Shown here one piece after another: positions 60,075 through 64,000 of a DNA stretch of 64,000 nucleotides. The position numbers and the translations under genes were made by a program. The DNA is taken from positions 682,001 to 746,000 of the forward strand of contig CBFDEM010000032.1 of the NCBI GenBank assembly GCA_965603825.1, given 5' to 3'. This stretch comes from Blepharisma stoltei ATCC 30299 (taxonomy: Eukaryota > Protista > Ciliophora). Numbering within the stretch: position 1 is the stretch's first letter; the number at the start of each line of letters is the position of its first letter. Below the pieces are notes generated by a model. It had not been told where the DNA came from. It ran no database searches and saw only the letters and a list, made by a program, of their open reading frames with translations.

Positions 60075-60379
60075 ATGAATAATTATTAGATATCTACTTT
60101 AATCAGAGGGAGGTAATTGTTTTTTAAATTCTTTATAGTACCACTGAAGTGCTATTGTTTTATTAGCAGATAGTGCTTATCTCTCTTTACAGCCTTAAAT
60201 CTATCAAACATAAAAAACCACTATATTGCTATTTATAAATTGAAAGAGCTGCCATAAATTATTTTTATCAAGATTTTTTCTCTTCTATGAAATCTAAAAT
60301 AGCTTTAATATAAGATTTAAGAAGACTAAATTGCTATCAACAAGCATAATAACAAATTCATAAAAAATCTAAACACTAT

Positions 60380-61077
60380 TTAATTCCTTGTAACAGGCTT
60401 TGGCTTCTGACTCGATGTAGGTGTCCTTGAGATTTCAAATTTGGCATAGACTGAGTATTTTGTCTCTTATCTAGCGCTTTATTTTGCTTTCATATACCCA
60501 AATTCACTTGGAAGCCTATAGCTCCCAGGCCCTGGAGTGTTCCAAAACCCTGAGGTTGGAGACGAATCTCTATTAGAGATCGGGAAAGCTCTGTTCCCTG
60601 TAGGCTGAAATTTCGACAAATAATACCCAGACTTCAAGAAATCTTCACTATTATAGTAAGCGCCACAACCAGGCAGTCAATTTTTTTGATCTTCGGAAAC
60701 CTTGGCGATGATAGTGGTGAAAAAGTCGTAATTCCTGCATTTTTAAAAGCGCTTAAACTGTATCTGCCTTTTTCAACCTCACTTTTAGGGTCATAAGCAC
60801 CTGGACCAGGACTTTTTCGGCTGCTAGACATTTCATCTGCTTGCAATTACCTAAAATTGATGTGCGAGGCCTGAATGTGAATTTCCTTCCTCCCTGTCCT
60901 ATCTTTGAAGTAATTGGATAAGTTCCTGAACTAGGAACTGAAGGGTCTGCTTTAAAGTGGCCTTCTACATACCTTTTTTCATAGGCTTCACGAGAAATCC
61001 CAAACGAGTAGGCTAGCCAAAAGGCTTTTGCTATCAAAGTCACTTGATAAATTATAAGCACTTGTGTCTGGGTTTCC
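60380..61077 (-). pseudogene. SHIPPO/ODF3-type (PGPGxY repeat) gene fragment with several frameshifts
   Basis: YSFGISREAY, SPGPGAYD, PGCGAY and TPGPGSYRLPSEFG fall in different frames. The 5' end is cut at the boundary of the copy C cassette. Intron remnant at 60837-60850. Confidence 0.72.
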
Positions 61078-61140
61078 TTATTTGAAAAAAGGATTAGAAT
61101 GCATATGGCTTTAAAAAACTAGATATCTAATAATTATTAT

Positions 61141-64000
61141 ATGATGGCGAAGAAATGTTTCGTGCCAGGGTGTATGAATGAGGCTGGGTATGCATGCAAA
61201 TGCTCTTCTCCTGAGATTTTATTATGCGAAGAGCATATCGGGGAGCATGTAAACTTATCTAACAGAGCTCATAATCTTGAATCAATGTTTATGCAGCCTT
61301 GTGAAGGGACAAAAGAAGCAATTCTTGAATTCCTTGCAAAAGAAAAGTCAAAATTTAGCGAGTTGAGAAGAAAAATTATAGATTCCTTTCGCCCGCGTCT
61401 TCCTAATCCAGAGAAAGATTTAGGAGGTTTCACCAAGTTGGATTGCTACTTAGATGAAATAAATGACTTCATTGCAAAAATTTCCCAAACTTCAAAATTA
61501 TTAAAATCAGAAGAAGATCCAATTTTAGGATTATTGAGTTTACAGCCTCAAGAAGCTATTGAGAAAATAAAATTAATGGCCACAGCCATCAGAGATTGAT
61601 GCAACGGTGCAAGGCTATTTATTATATTCAATCAAAAGTTAGAGAGTCTAAATAGATCATTCTTTACAGAAATATGCGGGGCATATCTAGATAAAAGTAA
61701 TATGCAAAATACTCCTGAAATGCTGAATAAAAGTAAAGCCGCAAGTGTAGAGCCAGCAAACGTTAAGGATTCGATTTCCTTGATAATAAATGAGAACTTT
61801 GAGAGTTTAAAAAAGTCTGAAAACGCAAATAAGCCAATAAGGCTGCTTAATTTTCAAATAAGCGCTGTTTCTAATTATCTCAACAATAAATCAATTGAAA
61901 CAGAAAGTGCTTTAAGCGTTATAGATACCTTAAGAAATAAAACAGCTGAGATTTTGAGTAGACCAAACAACTCAGAATTAGAGATAGATTTCAGAACAAC
62001 TTGTTCAACAATTAAGGCCAATTCTAGTCTTTATGATCCGCCACTAATTCAAGCTTACCAAGATTATCTCAAAGCTTATCAACTAAAAACATCTCTTTAT
62101 AATATTACAAGAGATAAAGGAAGCAGGAGAACATATTTAACTATTTATAACACTGAAACTGAAACCCAAGAAGTCAAAACCTTGCAGACTCCAGAACCAC
62201 TAGACGGTTCTACGTGCATAACTCAACTTCCAAATGGCAAGCTGTTCTGTTTTGGTAATAATACATCTTCAGGAATTACAGTGCTGATTGATGTGGATGG
62301 TGGAGCCGAAGTGCTGCCATCAGGAACAAAAAAATGGTATTTATTTTTTATAATTTAGTAGCACCCATCTGGAACTCCTTGCAAACGCTCATCATGTATC
62401 TATTTCAACAACAGCGTCTATTGCTTTGGAGGAGCACATAAAGATTATTTAACTCTATCGAGTAGATTTGATTTGGATCAAAATCGATGAATTAAATTAA
62501 CTCCAATGCCAGAAGGTGATTGCTATTGCTCTAGTATAATATTTAATGGAAATATTTTGATTTCTGGAAAATTTAGTAGAAATCTTTGGTTATACTCAAT
62601 TGATATTGACTCTTTCTCGACAATTCCTTATGAGTTTAAATATAATAAAAGAAAGATCCTGATAAATGCAGAGAGACTCTATTTGATTGAATGCCCTGGA
62701 TCAATCTATGAAAGCGAAATTGGAAGTTACTCGAATTGGAGAAGAATAGCAGAATCAGAAATCAATTCTGATTTAGTGTTTAGTTCATATAATAAAGGAG
62801 GAATATACATCTCAAATATTTATGCATCGGATAAATATTATTTTTTTAATTTAGATCAAAAAATCATTATTAATATTGCTTACTATGATAGGAATATCGC
62901 ACTTAGAAGAGTAGGTAAAAAGATTGAAGTAATAAATTGCAATGTCAATTTTAAGCTTGATTCTAATTATCTGGATGAATGAAGTCTAAAAGGCAATACT
63001 CTAAAGACTTTAGGAGAAAAATTAGAAAAAATCAAATACTGTGACGAATTCATCAAACTCAATCCAAACAATCCTATTTATTACAATAATAAAGGCTGCG
63101 CTTTTAATGATTTAAAAAGATATCTAGAAGCAATCGAATGCTATGACGAAGCAATCAAACTCGATCCAAACAATCCTATTTGTTACTGTAATAAAGGATT
63201 CGCTTTGCTTGATTTAGAAAGATATCTAGAAGCAATCGAATGCTATGAAGAAGCAATTAAACTCAATCCAAACGATGCTATTTATTACTATAATAAAAGC
63301 AACGCTTTGTTTTATTTAAAAAGATATCTAGAAGCAACCGAATGCTATGAAGAAGCAATTAAACTCAATCCAAACGATGCTATTTGTTACTATAATAAAG
63401 GCAGCGCTTTGTTTTATTTAAAAAGATATCTAGAAGCAATCGAATGTTATGACGAAGCAATCAAACTCAATCCAAACGATGCTATTTATTACTACAATAA
63501 AGGCAATGCTTTGTCTTATTTAAAAAGATATCTAGAAGCAGTCGAATGCTTTAACGAAGCAATTAAACTCAATCCAGACCATGCTAATGTTTACTATTAT
63601 AAAGGATATTCTTTAAATAAATTAGGAAGATACTCAGAAGCACTAGAAAGCTATGAAAAAGCAATTAAAATCAATCCAAATAATGCATATTTTTATAATT
63701 GTAAAGGCGATACTCTTTATGCTTTAGAGAGATATCAGGAAGCAATGCAATGCTATAATAAGGCAATCGAACTTGTACCCAATAATCCTTTGTATTTTTG
63801 CAGCCGAGCTAGAGTATTTAATAGTCTCAGACAAGAAGAAGCAGCTTTGCAGGACTTTAATAGGGCTTATAATTTGAAGCAAGAAAATGAAGTAAGTGGT
63901 GTTTTCACTGGGGATGAATGGAACCTTTCTGAGGAGGGTATCAAGTTTATTAACGACGTATTAGGCCGAGACCGTATTGAACTACTCCAAAAAATGCATA
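61141..64000 (+). pseudogene. Copy C of the Zn-finger/Kelch-like/TPR gene, interrupted by a 48-bp stop-containing insertion; ends a few nt beyond the window
   Basis: Colinear with copy B with TGA=Trp. The only lesion I found is the in-frame insertion near 62328-62375 carrying TAG TAG. Functional status is uncertain. Confidence 0.65.
63055..63564 (+). repeat. Five near-identical 102-bp tandem units encoding TPRs (copy C)
   Basis: AAACTC anchor at 63055, 63157, 63259, 63361, 63463 and 63565. Confidence 0.9.

Larger units (their letters stand above)
57038..64000. repeat. Large imperfect inverted duplication: ~3-kb arms (copies B and C) around a ~1-kb spacer
   Basis: 57038-60097 on the minus strand aligns with ~61119-64000 on the plus strand along its whole length, apart from indels and TPR unit number. 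Confidence 0.88.

Noticed and set aside
60837-60850. A 14-nt intron (GTAATTGCAAGCAG) that would be shorter than the usual minimum
   Set aside because: It lies in a multiply frameshifted SHIPPO pseudogene and is most simply a 15-nt intron that lost one base.
62337-62361. GT..AG intron explanation for the copy C insertion
   Set aside because: Candidate lengths of 22 and 25 nt are atypical and neither restores the reading frame.
54881-64000. Autonomous transposon in the dynamic region
   Set aside because: I found no transposase, reverse transcriptase or Rep/helicase motifs, and no terminal inverted repeats, within the window.

Overview
Gene-dense, AT-rich eukaryotic DNA that reads as a heterotrich ciliate macronuclear chromosome, most consistent with Blepharisma (inference). 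UGA encodes Trp (it sits at invariant Trp positions in ALG10, CAF1, cyclin, CCP, MORN, nucleoredoxin and Rab), TAA/TAG are the stops, and introns are 15-16 nt GT..AG. The supplied standard-code ORF track therefore fragments many genes and misses the Rab-like gene entirely. From 1 to ~54.8 kb there are about 30 tightly packed genes: ALG10, CAF1, MSH4, a mitotic cyclin, RRM1, PP2C, ZPR1, a pentapeptide-WD40 protein, DnaJ, Nup62, a globin-fusion protein, a multi-GAF/PAS phosphodiesterase, a cytosolic carboxypeptidase, a divergent Rab, a 2030-aa surface protein, MORN, nucleoredoxin, a 2OG-Fe(II) oxygenase, CDC50, eIF3c, Piwi, NMD3 and a FYVE protein. From ~54.9 kb to the end the character changes to a dynamic region. 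Frameshifted gene fragments (PABP, HtrA, ubiquitin-like, SHIPPO) are interleaved with three copies of a Zn-finger/helical/Kelch-like/TPR gene. Its 102-bp TPR arrays vary in copy number and are hypervariable at ligand-facing positions, making it the best candidate for an undescribed diversifying recognition-receptor family. All family assignments are from motif recognition by eye; no database searches were run.
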